DNA of 64,000 nt. It comes from an uncultured Candidatus Saccharibacteria bacterium. GTDB lineage: Bacteria; Patescibacteriota; Minisyncoccia; Phycocordibacterales; UBA9973. The translations under genes were made by a program, and so were the position numbers. The DNA lies in assembly GCA_964348725.1 (NCBI GenBank), contig CAYGDG010000001.1:65898-129897 (forward strand). The letters are read 5' to 3'. Each line of letters opens with the position of its first letter. Position 1 is the first letter of the stretch. Of the stretch, positions 55,326-64,000 are shown piece by piece. A model generated the notes under the pieces. It had not been told where the DNA came from. It did no database searches and was given only the letters and a program-made list of their open reading frames with translations.

Positions 55326-57551
55326 TTATGTTATCTGGTTTAACTTATGCGGATTATGATTTGGGCAGGATTTGCTGGAACATCTTTCAGGGATAGTTTT
55401 TGTGCCTTCCATCATCAAGCTACCGCACAGGTCGCAGGTGCGTCCGGTCGGTTTTGCTTTGATTGCATTCTTGCAGTCAGGATAATTTGAGCAGGAGTAA
55501 AAGATGCCGAAGCGGCCGCGGCGTTCCATCATCTCGCCTTTTTTACACGTAGGGCACTGTACGCCCGTCATTTTCTTTTTCTTTTCTTCCTCGTCTTCTT
55601 TTATAAATTTACATTTCGGATAACGCGAGCAGGAAACGAAGGCTCCAAATTTTCCTTCGCGTACTACGAGCTTTCCGCCGCCTGATTTGCCTTTTTTCTC
55701 GCCACAGAGAGGACACATCTCGCCGGTCTCTTTCGGGCCGGCCATTTCCGTACCGTCCAGTTTTAATGCACCTTCGCAGTCCGGATAATTGGCGCAGGAA
55801 TAGAATTTGCCGTTCTTGGAAAGCTTGATAATCATTTTTCCTCCGCACTTCGGACACTTGATATCATCCGGCGCGTCACCGAGATTGGTGGCTTTTTCTA
55901 ATTTATCTTTTTCTTTTACTTCTTTAGTGAATGGGCCGTAAAAATCTTTGAGCGTCTTTTCATATTCGCGGTCACCGGTGGAAATTTCGTCCAGCTTGTC
56001 TTCCATTTCCGCGGTAAAAGTATCTGAAATATAATTTGCGAAATTATTTTCCAAGAAATCAGAGACAACTTCGCCGGTATCAGTAGGGAACAATGTGCGG
56101 CCTTCTTTGCGTACATATTCGCGCTCTTCCAGTGTACGCATAATGCTCGCGTAAGTAGACGGGCGGCCGATGCCGCGGGCTTCAAGTTCTTTGACAAGGC
56201 CTGCTTCAGAATATCTGCCAGGAGGCTCGGTAAATTTTTCTTCTTTGATGAGGTCAAGCAATTTCAAAGCTTCACCCTGTTTCATTTCCGGCAATTCCAC
56301 ATCTTCGCCGCGGGCGTCCTGATCCACTGCCAGCCAGCCGGGGAAAAGCATGCGTGAGCCGTTTGCGGAAAAATCAGGCAAGTCCTCGCGACCTTCTATC
56401 ATAGCGGAAACTTTTGTTTTGAGAAGTTTTGCATCGGTCATTTGCGAAGAAACTGCGCGCTCCCAGATGAGGCGGTAGAGTTTGGATTGCTCATCCGTGC
56501 CGGCATAGCCGTGCTCGATATGCGTCGGGCGAATGGCTTCGTGCGCTTCCTGCGCGTTTTTGGATTTTGTCTTATATATGCGCGCTTCGGCGTATTGTAT
56601 GCCGTATTCTTTTTCCACCATTTTAACTATCTGCTCCTGCGCTACTTTGGAAAGATTCGTGCTGTCCGTACGCATATATGTAATGTGTCCGGCTTCGTAC
56701 AATTTTTGCGCTATCTGCATGGTGCGCGAAGGGGAATAGCCGAGGCGTGTGGATGCAGTCTGCTGTAAAGTGGAAGTAGTGAATGGCGCGCGAGGGCTTC
56801 GCTTCTGTTCGCTTTCCTTGATGCCGGAAATTTTCCAATTGCCTTTTTTGCCTTCGTGTAATATTTCATCTACCAGCTTTTCACCCGCCCCGGCGGGCAA
56901 GTCGCGCGGTTCTTCAGAACAATGCAAAGTTATTTTTGCTTTTTTCTGCGTTTCAAAATCCCCCCAGATGCGGAAGAATTTTTCCGGTACGAAAGCGCGT
57001 ATTTCGCGCTCGCGTTCCATGATGATGCGAAGGGCCGGGGATTGCACGCGGCCGGCGGAAAGGCCGTAGCGCACTTTTTTCCAAATCAAACCCGACAAAT
57101 CATAACCTACCAACCTGTCCAAAACTCTGCGTGCTTCCTGGGCACGGCGCAAAGCCGTATCGATATCCCGCGGATGTTTCAATGCTTCTTCCACTGCGAG
57201 CTTGGTGATTTCGTGAAATGCCACGCGCTGTATCGGCGCTTTTACTTTCTTATCTTCTTTTAAAAGTTCTTCAATATGCCAAGCGATCGCTTCTCCTTCG
57301 CGGTCCGGGTCCGTCGCCAGCATTATCTCGGTCGCTTTCTCAGCGAGGGAGCGCAGTTCGGAAACTACTTTTTCCTTGCCTTTGGAAATTTCATAATGCG
57401 GCACGAATCCCGCTTCCACATCTATCGCTTTCTTATTTGATTTCGGCAAATCCCTCACATGTCCCACGCTCGCGCGCACAGTAAAAGCGCCATCAAGATA
57501 CTTCTCAATGGTCTTTGCTTTGCTTGGCGACTCAACAATCAAAAGCTTCAT
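55326..57551 (-). CDS. topA: DNA topoisomerase I with C-terminal zinc-ribbon repeats
   Basis: TOPRIM KLLIVESPSKAKTI, active-site Tyr region, and at least four C4 zinc ribbons (CPKCGG, CPLCGE, CPTC..., CDLCGS). Confidence 0.9.
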   Translation of the reverse strand: MKLLIVESPSKAKTIEKYLDGAFTVRASVGHVRDLPKSNKKAIDVEAGFVPHYEISKGKEKVVSELRSLAEKATEIMLATDPDREGEAIAWHIEELLKEDKKVKAPIQRVAFHEITKLAVEEALKHPRDIDTALRRAQEARRVLDRLVGYDLSGLIWKKVRYGLSAGRVQSPALRIIMEREREIRAFVPEKFFRIWGDFETQKKAKITLHCSEEPRDLPAGAGEKLVDEILHEGKKGNWKISGIKESEQKRSPRAPFTTSTLQQTASTRLGYSPSRTMQIAQKLYEAGHITYMRTDSTNLSKVAQEQIVKMVEKEYGIQYAEARIYKTKSKNAQEAHEAIRPTHIEHGYAGTDEQSKLYRLIWERAVSSQMTDAKLLKTKVSAMIEGREDLPDFSANGSRMLFPGWLAVDQDARGEDVELPEMKQGEALKLLDLIKEEKFTEPPGRYSEAGLVKELEARGIGRPSTYASIMRTLEEREYVRKEGRTLFPTDTGEVVSDFLENNFANYISDTFTAEMEDKLDEISTGDREYEKTLKDFYGPFTKEVKEKDKLEKATNLGDAPDDIKCPKCGGKMIIKLSKNGKFYSCANYPDCEGALKLDGTEMAGPKETGEMCPLCGEKKGKSGGGKLVVREGKFGAFVSCSRYPKCKFIKEDEEEKKKKMTGVQCPTCKKGEMMERRGRFGIFYSCSNYPDCKNAIKAKPTGRTCDLCGSLMMEGTKTIPERCSSKSCPNHNPHKLNQIT

Positions 57552-57672
57552 ATCACCCAAGTATTACACAGAATCCAATTTTTTGGCAAATTATGCCGTT
57601 TGACTTTCGCTTTACACAAGCATATTATCAAGAAAAATATCTACATTTAAACTTATATAAAAAGGAGGCAAT

Positions 57673-57954
57673 ATGAAAGAATTTTGGAGTTGTTCTAAAG
57701 AGTTCGTGAAATCGCCCTGGCGGATAATTGCGACATTAATGATGCTTGGCTTCATTCATTCCGTACTTTCTCCTTTCGCTACATTTACCTTGATTAATTA
57801 TATCGGGAGTTATTTTAACGAGAGAGAATTTACTTTGATTTCTCTTTTCTGGGGCACTGTATTTTTAGTATTTTTCGGGGAAACAGTAGTAAGATTTTTT
57901 ATAGAAAGATATTATATTCCATCTGACATTAAATTAAAAAACACAGAGCAGTAA
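57673..57954 (+). CDS. Small membrane protein, hypothetical
   Basis: 93 aa with two TM helices. It has a strong AAAAGGAGG Shine-Dalgarno, which is rare in this window, and its own terminator. Confidence 0.45.
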   Translation: MKEFWSCSKEFVKSPWRIIATLMMLGFIHSVLSPFATFTLINYIGSYFNEREFTLISLFWGTVFLVFFGETVVRFFIERYYIPSDIKLKNTEQ

Positions 57955-57975
57955 ATTGTTCTGTGTTTTTTTTGT
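57939..57975 (+). terminator. Rho-independent terminator
   Basis: AACACAGAGCAG-TAAATT-GTTCTGTGTT followed by TTTTTTTG. Confidence 0.65.
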
Positions 57976-57977
57976 AA

Positions 57978-58051
57978 TAAAAAACAGTACCTTGTCGGTG
58001 CTGTAGGCAAATACGGGCTGCCTACCCAATTGACTTTCCCTTTGGGAAAGC
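57978..58051 (-). terminator. Tandem hairpins plus T-run terminating the 58054-58263 (-) gene
   Basis: CTTTCCC-TTT-GGGAAAG and GTAGGCA-AATACGGGC-TGCCTAC, followed on the minus strand by CTGTTTTTT. Confidence 0.55.
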
Positions 58052-58053
58052 AG

Positions 58054-58263
58054 TTACCTTAACAAAGGACTTCGCCTTTTTGATTTAGGCCCTTCTCGTG
58101 ATTCTTCTTCTAAATCCTCGAGAGTTTTATAAATCTCCTCAGCTGCTTTTCGGTTCACTTTTGGTTTTTCATACGTAATCTTACCTTTCTTGTTGAGCTC
58201 GCGCACCATTTTTTGAATGCGATCTTCGCTTCTTTGTACTTTTCTCTTATTTGCCATCGTCAT
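58054..58263 (-). CDS. Small basic hypothetical protein (69 aa)
   Basis: Lys/Arg/Glu-rich ORF with its own terminator. Confidence 0.4.
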   Translation of the reverse strand: MTMANKRKVQRSEDRIQKMVRELNKKGKITYEKPKVNRKAAEEIYKTLEDLEEESREGPKSKRRSPLLR

Positions 58264-58268
58264 AGTTT

Positions 58269-58610
58269 TTAGATTAAGGATTTCTGTTTTTGTACTCCTT
58301 TAAAAAGATAAGTGGTTGCTATGCCGGATAGTATTAGAATTATGAAGCCATAAATCCAAAGTCCATACGGCAAAGGAAGAAAATGATGTCCAATCTCGCC
58401 AAATGTGTAATCATAGCGGAACATTAGAGCAGGTGGAATAGTTAGTACAAAGAAAAGTGATGCTAGGACAAAAAATTTACTTTTTTGAGTTCGGCATTCT
58501 TTAGCTGTGACTAGAATTTCCCAAATAAGGGCAGAGTAGATGGGACCACCTACCGTGAATGCAATCACGGCTTCAGAGTCCCAATAAAGAAGGTCGCTTA
58601 GTTCTTTCAT
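58269..58610 (-). CDS. Small membrane protein, hypothetical
   Basis: 113 aa with 3-4 hydrophobic helices. Confidence 0.5.
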   Translation of the reverse strand: MKELSDLLYWDSEAVIAFTVGGPIYSALIWEILVTAKECRTQKSKFFVLASLFFVLTIPPALMFRYDYTFGEIGHHFLPLPYGLWIYGFIILILSGIATTYLFKGVQKQKSLI

Positions 58611-58680
58611 AAGATTGATATTTAAAGTTTGACAATAGTTCTATTTGAAATAATCATAACATAATAGAATAAAAAGTAAA

Positions 58681-59547
58681 TCAGAATGTAGCCCGGATTT
58701 CGCCAAGTTCTTCGCGGATAAGGCCTTTGATTTCCATCACCGAAAGCAGGGCATTCGCTTCGGCTGTGCCGAGCTTCATCGTACGAATGAGGTCATCCCG
58801 TTCCATCGGCTCAGTGAGGAGTTTTAGTACTTTCTTTTCTTCCGGCGTGGCGTCTTCAAATAGCGATGCCTGCTTTTTACTTTCATCCACTTCAAAGCCG
58901 AGCGCTTGCAAGATGTCTTCGCTGGAAGTGATGGCCGTCGCGCCTGCCCGGATAAGCTTGTTCGTGCCTTTGGAAAATGAAGAATTTATTTGTCCGGGCA
59001 AGGCCAGGACTTCGCGATTATAATCTAGGGCCATACGCGCAGTGATAAGCGTGCCGGATTTTTCTTCGGCTTCTATGATGAGTGCCGCTTTGGAAATTCC
59101 GGCTACCAATCTATTCCGCATCGGGAAAAAATAATATTCCGCTTTTGCTTCCGGTTCAAATTCAGAAATAAGGCAGCCGCCGGCATCCAGGATTTTTTCC
59201 GCGAGGCCGAGGTGATTGGACGGGAAGAATGCTTTTTCAGAAAGTCCCGAGCCGGGAAAACCTACGGGTATGAGCCCGGCATCAAGTGCCGCTTCGTGCG
59301 CGAGGGCGTCTATGCCGACAGCGAGACCGGACACGATGGCGATAGGGTAGCCACGCAATCCGGCAATAAGCTTTTTCACCGCATCTTTGCCATACGTAGT
59401 GCATTTACGCGAGCCGACCACGGCCAAATACACCGTGCCTTCGGGTGGCAGTTCACCGGCGATGTACAGCTTTTCCGGTGGCTGGGGAATTTCCCGCAGG
59501 ACTTCCGGAATGCCTTTATTTTTTAAAATTTTGAGTTTGAATTCCAC
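58681..59547 (-). CDS. dprA: DNA-processing protein DprA (Smf)
   Basis: Rossmann-like DprA core VVGSRKCTTYG...IVSGLAVGIDALAHEAAL and a C-terminal winged-helix region. Confidence 0.85.
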   Translation of the reverse strand: MEFKLKILKNKGIPEVLREIPQPPEKLYIAGELPPEGTVYLAVVGSRKCTTYGKDAVKKLIAGLRGYPIAIVSGLAVGIDALAHEAALDAGLIPVGFPGSGLSEKAFFPSNHLGLAEKILDAGGCLISEFEPEAKAEYYFFPMRNRLVAGISKAALIIEAEEKSGTLITARMALDYNREVLALPGQINSSFSKGTNKLIRAGATAITSSEDILQALGFEVDESKKQASLFEDATPEEKKVLKLLTEPMERDDLIRTMKLGTAEANALLSVMEIKGLIREELGEIRATF

Positions 59548-59608
59548 GGGCGTTACAGCCTCGCGGACCTGATTTGAAGATTATATCAACTTCATATATA
59601 ATAGTGCA

Positions 59609-60874
59609 ATGCTAGATATTAAATTCATCCGGGAAAACAAGGACATCGTGCAAGCGGGCGCCAAGAAAAAGCGCATCACTATAGACATTGACGCACTCAT
59701 TACTCTGGATGACGCTCGCCTTACCGTACTCAAAGAAGTGGAAGCGCTGCGCGGCGAAGTGAACCGCGTATCAAATGACATCGCCCGTGACCAAGACCCG
59801 GCGCTCAAAATTCAACTCATAGAAGAAATGCGCGCGGTAAAGGAAGATATCAAACAAAAAGAAGAACAGCTCAAGAAAACGACCGAAGAATGGCAGAAGC
59901 TCATGCTGGAAGTACCGAATGTACCGGACATGACCGTGCCGGATGGGAAAGATGATTCTGAAAATCAAGAAATAAAAACGTGGGGCGAAAAGCCAAACTT
60001 TGCTTTTGAACCGAAAGACCACATGGAAATTATGACTGCGCTCCGCATGTGTGACTTTGAGCGCGGACAGAAAGTGCATGGCTTCCGTGGTTATTTTCTG
60101 ACCGGTGAAGGCGCGCGATTGTGCTTTGCGATTTGGAGCTATGCACTGGACTTTTTCGGCTCGCGCGGATTCGTGCCGGTGATTCCTCCGGTAATAGACA
60201 GGAAAGAAAACTTTATGGGCACGGGATTTTTGCCGCAGGGTGAAGAGGACTTGTATAAGACACAGGATGGAGAATTTCTCGCAGGTACAGCTGAAGTGCC
60301 GATCATGGGCATGCATGCCGGCGAAATTTTAAATAAAGAAACTTTCCCGATAAAGTATCTCGGCTTCTCCCCGTGCTTCCGCCGCGAAGCAGGAAGCCAC
60401 GGCAAGGATGTGAAAGGCCTCATCCGCGTGCACGAATTTTACAAGATGGAGCAGGTCATGCTGTGCGAAGCTGATCATGAACTCTCTGTACGCATGCATG
60501 ATGAGCTGAACCGGAACACAGAAGAATTCATAGAGTCCCTCGGCATTCCGTATCACACGGTCATAAACTGCGGCGGCGACCTTGGCCTCGGCCAGGTGAA
60601 AAAATACGATATAGAATTGTGGGTGCCGAAAGAAGGCAAGTACCGCGAGATTTCTTCCGCTTCATATTTCCATGATTTCCAGACCCGCCGGCTTGGAATT
60701 CGCTACAAGGATGAAGAAGGCAAGACGCGCTTTGCTCACTCGTTGAATTCCACCGCCATTCCGACTCCGCGCATCCTCGTGTCCCTCATTGAAAATTTCC
60801 AGACGCCCGAAGGTGGCGTGATGATACCGGAAGTACTCCGAAAATACATGGGCGGTAAAGAATTTATCATCTAA
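59609..60874 (+). CDS. serS: Seryl-tRNA synthetase
   Basis: N-terminal coiled coil plus class II motifs (FRREAGSHGKDVKGLIRVHEF, GGDLGLGQVKKYDIELW). Confidence 0.95.
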   Translation: MLDIKFIRENKDIVQAGAKKKRITIDIDALITLDDARLTVLKEVEALRGEVNRVSNDIARDQDPALKIQLIEEMRAVKEDIKQKEEQLKKTTEEWQKLMLEVPNVPDMTVPDGKDDSENQEIKTWGEKPNFAFEPKDHMEIMTALRMCDFERGQKVHGFRGYFLTGEGARLCFAIWSYALDFFGSRGFVPVIPPVIDRKENFMGTGFLPQGEEDLYKTQDGEFLAGTAEVPIMGMHAGEILNKETFPIKYLGFSPCFRREAGSHGKDVKGLIRVHEFYKMEQVMLCEADHELSVRMHDELNRNTEEFIESLGIPYHTVINCGGDLGLGQVKKYDIELWVPKEGKYREISSASYFHDFQTRRLGIRYKDEEGKTRFAHSLNSTAIPTPRILVSLIENFQTPEGGVMIPEVLRKYMGGKEFII

Positions 60875-60875
60875 T

Positions 60876-61718
60876 ATGGAAAAGCGTAGCGTTTTAAATA
60901 CTCCGCGTGTCGCCGAGATGAAGCGCAAGAGGCACGAAGCGCTTCGCAATAAAATAATTTTAAGCTCGGTGGTTTTCGTGCTTTTTTTCATCGGGTTTGG
61001 ATTTTTGGCGAATTGGCAGAAAATAAATATCGAGCAAATAACTGTATCCGGAAATAAAATAATAGATTCGGATGTTATTATTACTGAAGTACAGGCGCAG
61101 ATATCCGGTAAATATCTTTTTGTTTTCCCAAAAAGTAATTTTGCGCTCTATCCGAAAGGCAAGATAAAAAAAGATCTGTCGGTAAAATTCCCGAGACTTG
61201 ATGACATATCTCTGAACGTACAGAATTTCAAAGAACTTCAAATAGAAGTATCTGAACGAGAAGGCAAATATACCTGGTGCGGAGATGCTTTACCAACTAT
61301 TGGTACTCGGCCAGAGGATACGAAATGTCATTTTATGGATTCGGCTGGTGTGGTCTTTGACGAGGCTCCGTATTTTTCCGGTGATGTATATTTTAGATTT
61401 TATGGAAAGTATAATGACACTCTCTATTTTAATAAGCTTATTAATCTCAAAGAAAACATTGAACGGATGGGGTTGAGACCTTCTTCACTCGTAGCTAAAG
61501 CCGACAATGATATGGAAATGTATCTTTCTTCCGGTAAGTTGCCGCCTGATGCGCCTAAAATTGTTTTCAAATCTGATAGTGACTTTGACAAATTAGCAGA
61601 AAATTTACAGGCGGCAATTTCTACCGAACCGCTTTTGTCTCAATTGAAGAATGAATACGCCGCTTTGGAATACATTGACCTGCGCTTCGGTAATAAGGTA
61701 TATTATCGATTCAAATGA
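60876..61718 (+). CDS. FtsQ/DivIB-like cell division protein (POTRA domain)
   Basis: Cytoplasmic N-terminus, one TM helix, then a POTRA-like IEQITVSGNKIIDSDVIITEV...LQIEVSEREGKYTWCG. Confidence 0.55.
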   Translation: MEKRSVLNTPRVAEMKRKRHEALRNKIILSSVVFVLFFIGFGFLANWQKINIEQITVSGNKIIDSDVIITEVQAQISGKYLFVFPKSNFALYPKGKIKKDLSVKFPRLDDISLNVQNFKELQIEVSEREGKYTWCGDALPTIGTRPEDTKCHFMDSAGVVFDEAPYFSGDVYFRFYGKYNDTLYFNKLINLKENIERMGLRPSSLVAKADNDMEMYLSSGKLPPDAPKIVFKSDSDFDKLAENLQAAISTEPLLSQLKNEYAALEYIDLRFGNKVYYRFK

Positions 61719-61719
61719 A

Positions 61720-61804
61720 TCCCGTTAGAGATTAAAATGTTAAAAGTAATTATTAAAAGCTATATAACTACAGGAATGCGAAGCATTCCTTATCTCTAAC
61801 GGGA
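61720..61804. repeat. Compound palindromic intergenic element spanning exactly from the ftsQ-like stop to the dus start codon
   Basis: 13-bp arms TCCCGTTAGAGAT and ATCTCTAACGGGA flank a 58-nt AT-rich core with an inner IR AGGAATGC-GA-AGCATTCCT. The right arm ends at the A of the dus ATG. Confidence 0.65.
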
Positions 61805-62766
61805 TGAACTTCTGGAATAAATTAAAAAAGCCTTTTTTTGTCCTCGCGCCGATGGCGGATGTGACGGACTGTGCTTTCAGGCAGATCATAAATAAATACG
61901 GTAAACCGGATGTTTTTTGGACGGAATTCGTATCAGCGGACGGCTTGGCGCATCCGGAGGCGCGGGAAAAACTTTTAATTGATTTTAAATTTACGCCGGG
62001 CGAGCACCCGATCGTGGCGCAGATATTCGGCTCGCGGCCGGAGAATATTGAAAAGGCCGCCGCACTGTGCGCTGAGCTTGGTTTTGACGGCGTGGATATC
62101 AATATGGGATGTCCGGATAAGAGTATAGAAAAGCAATGCGCCGGCGCGGCGATGATGAAAGACCCGGCTCTCGCTAGGGAAGTGATCCGTGCGGCAAAAC
62201 GCGGCGCCCGCCGCGGCGGGCAAGCGCCATTGCCGGTATCGGTGAAGACGCGCATCGGCTATAACAAAAATGAAATACAGACATGGCTAGCGGAAATTTT
62301 GAAAGAAGACGTGGCGGCGCTCACGGTGCATTTGCGAACTCGTAAAGAAATGTCCCTCGTGCCAGCGCATTGGGATGTGATGCCAGAAATCGTGGCGCTT
62401 CGGGATAAGCTCGCGCCGGGTACTTTGATAATAGGAAATGGTGATGCAGTAGATATCGCCGACGCAAAACAAAAAGTAAAAGAAACCGGATGCGATGGCG
62501 TGATGCTCGGCAGGGCAATCTTTGGCAACCCGTGGCTTTTTGCGGAAAAAATTCCAACGCTTGAAGAAAAATTGAAAGTGATGATAGAGCATACGAAGCT
62601 CTTTGAAGAACTACTCGGCCAGCACAAAAACTTCGCAATTATGAAAAAGCATTACAAAGCATATGTGAATGGCTTTGACGGCGCGAAAGAAATGCGAGTG
62701 GAACTAATGGAAGCGGAGAATGCAGACCAGATCGCGGCTATTGTTGACAATTTCATGAATAAGTGA
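61804..62766 (+). CDS. dus: tRNA-dihydrouridine synthase (DusB-like)
   Basis: TIM-barrel Dus signature LAPMADVTDCAFRQI and the FMN-binding Cys loop GVDINMGCP. Confidence 0.9.
   Translation: MNFWNKLKKPFFVLAPMADVTDCAFRQIINKYGKPDVFWTEFVSADGLAHPEAREKLLIDFKFTPGEHPIVAQIFGSRPENIEKAAALCAELGFDGVDINMGCPDKSIEKQCAGAAMMKDPALAREVIRAAKRGARRGGQAPLPVSVKTRIGYNKNEIQTWLAEILKEDVAALTVHLRTRKEMSLVPAHWDVMPEIVALRDKLAPGTLIIGNGDAVDIADAKQKVKETGCDGVMLGRAIFGNPWLFAEKIPTLEEKLKVMIEHTKLFEELLGQHKNFAIMKKHYKAYVNGFDGAKEMRVELMEAENADQIAAIVDNFMNK
62207..62220. repeat. Family-B palindrome CCCGCCGCGGCGGG in frame in dus
   Basis: 14-nt perfect palindrome encoding ARRGG within RGARRGGQAPL. Confidence 0.55.
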
Positions 62767-62792
62767 TAAATTAGCTTAAACTATAAATCACA

Positions 62793-63623
62793 TTGTCAAT
62801 GAAAAAACCATTAAAATTGTGGGTATATTTAACCCTCCTTGTTATACTTTCAGCAGTCAAAGTAACAGTTGTCTCAGCGCAGTCATCTTTGGTGTGGGAT
62901 TCAGCCGCTCAACAGGTGTATGATTATGTTGAGAAAATGGGCGATAAAGTTCCTGACGCAGAAAGTATGTTTATATTCCCATTTGTAAATCAGAATAATG
63001 AAATTGCTAGTATTCTTATTTTCCCTTCGGAACATGACAAGGCACTAGAAAAAATCATTATGCTTTTCGACAGCTCAAGCAATTTTGTTGCTTTATCTTC
63101 AAATCCAGATCCAGAAAGTAAAGGTTTTGGAGAACTTCAAGGAGAGGAGGTAACTCACTTTAAGAATTTTCTTAAATGGTTCAATCAAAATAAGCCCAAG
63201 AAACCAACTCCCTTGTGTGACTCAAAGGACTCAACCTCAGTAAAGTTAACTGCTTTGTCTAATAGAATAAAAGTAGAAGGAGAAAAATATGTATTTCCTA
63301 CTTTATTAGACTTCCCTGAAAAGTGGCAAAGCCCTGATTATTCAATTGGAACTGAGCTCACTTCTTTATCTTTACTAGGAGCAGGAGGTGATGTAACATT
63401 ATGTTACGAAGAATGGAGTTGCTGTAAACCAAAAATGAAAGAACAGACTAGTCTTCCACATTCTGCTTTACTTGAAAGCAGACAACAACATCTACATTTA
63501 GTATTTCCTAAAGAATACCCATGGGAGATGGGCGAGTATACTGATGAAATAACAGGCAAAAAGAGGAAAGTGGATGAGCAATTAATAAACCAGTTTTTAT
63601 TGATTGCTCAAACTATTCCTTAG
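62793..63623 (+). CDS. Secreted hypothetical protein
   Basis: Signal peptide MSMKKPLKLWVYLTLLVILSAVKVTVVSA. AT-rich, Cys-containing, no domain recognised. Confidence 0.55.
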   Translation: MSMKKPLKLWVYLTLLVILSAVKVTVVSAQSSLVWDSAAQQVYDYVEKMGDKVPDAESMFIFPFVNQNNEIASILIFPSEHDKALEKIIMLFDSSSNFVALSSNPDPESKGFGELQGEEVTHFKNFLKWFNQNKPKKPTPLCDSKDSTSVKLTALSNRIKVEGEKYVFPTLLDFPEKWQSPDYSIGTELTSLSLLGAGGDVTLCYEEWSCCKPKMKEQTSLPHSALLESRQQHLHLVFPKEYPWEMGEYTDEITGKKRKVDEQLINQFLLIAQTIP

Positions 63624-63644
63624 AAGTTTCTGTTAAGAAATTAA

Positions 63645-63686
63645 AGCTCTGTTTCCTCTCAAAGGGAAATAGAGCTTTTTTATTTT
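63645..63686 (+). terminator. Rho-independent terminator
   Basis: AGCTCTGTTTCC-TCTCAA-AGGGAAATAGAGCT followed by TTTTTTATTTT. Confidence 0.7.
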
Positions 63687-63710
63687 CCCTTTATTTTGTA
63701 TACTAGAGCC

Positions 63711-64000
63711 ATGCACGAACTGGCATTATATAGAAAATACCGCCCGCAGAAGTTTCCGGATGTGGTGGGGCAGGAGCATATCGTGGATGTGCTGGAAAAG
63801 TCCGTGCAGGACGGCACGGTGTCGCACGCATATCTTTTTGTGGGCGGCCGGGGCACAGGAAAGACTTCCGTGGCGCGTATTTTTGCCAGCGAGATAGGCG
63901 TATCGGCGAATGACATTTATGAAATCGATGCGGCTTCGAATAGGGGTGTGGACGAAATCCGTTCATTGCGCGACGGCGTGAGTGTCCTGCCTTTTGATTC
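63711..64000 (+). CDS. dnaX: DNA polymerase III subunit gamma/tau, N-terminal fragment running off the window
   Basis: YRKYRPQKFPDVVGQEHIV...GGRGTGKTSVARIFA, the AAA+ clamp-loader N-terminus. Leaderless TGTATACT promoter 6 nt upstream. Confidence 0.85.
   Translation, partial: MHELALYRKYRPQKFPDVVGQEHIVDVLEKSVQDGTVSHAYLFVGGRGTGKTSVARIFASEIGVSANDIYEIDAASNRGVDEIRSLRDGVSVLPFD

Noticed and set aside
57551-57560. topA start at 57560 (MGDMKLLIV...) versus the internal ATG at 57551
   Set aside because: TOPRIM domains normally begin MKLxIVESP. The upstream MGD extension is not excluded but is less likely, so the shorter start was reported.

Overview
The window looks like a housekeeping-dense, moderate-GC segment of a small bacterial genome, possibly a CPR/Patescibacteria-like organism (inference from gene content and the reduced atpH/holB only). 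The standard genetic code fits.

Recognisable genes:
- On the minus strand at the left edge: rpsU, ybeY and the 5' end of ftsA.
- Then greA, lysS, and a partial division/cell-wall cluster: mraZ (with an MraZ-box promoter), rsmH, ftsL, ftsI, murF.
- Further housekeeping genes: rmuC, an exoX-like DEDDh exonuclease, yqeY, dedA, a MYG1-family gene, obg, gatB, class II aldolase, an FAD-linked oxidase, rplY, rpmE, prfA, an RRM RNA-binding protein.
- A complete F-type ATP synthase operon: atpI-like, atpB, atpE, atpF, atpH, atpA, atpG, atpD, atpC.
- Two ArsR regulators, rsmI, priA, mreB, holB, frr, rseP, an M24 peptidase, alr, rpmG, miaA, murA, parB, rel/spoT, topA, dprA, serS, an FtsQ-like protein, dus and the 5' end of dnaX.
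- Four tRNAs: Glu-CTC, Ile-GAT, Trp-CCA, Leu-CAA.

Main hunting results:
1. An AT-rich two-gene island (9120-11040) directly downstream of tRNA-Glu. It encodes a Shedu/DUF4263-like PD-(D/E)xK nuclease co-operonic with an uncharacterised 286-aa partner. This is a candidate novel anti-phage system.
2. GC-rich palindromic repeat elements that sit in frame inside essential genes (FAD oxidase, atpG, priA, holB, the M24 peptidase, dus). The holB copy carries a 9-bp target-site duplication. The behaviour resembles Rickettsia palindromic elements.
3. A consistent leaderless promoter architecture: a -10 box, often with an extended TG, lies 6-8 nt upstream of the ATG for many genes.
4. The ATP synthase operon is interrupted by AT-rich small membrane-protein ORFs.
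5. Two ArsR regulons with palindromic operators, one controlling an ANT(2'')/Lnu(A)-like nucleotidyltransferase.
6. A PriA whose Walker A and DEEH helicase motifs are degenerate.

No CRISPR array, rRNA, transposase or integrase was seen.
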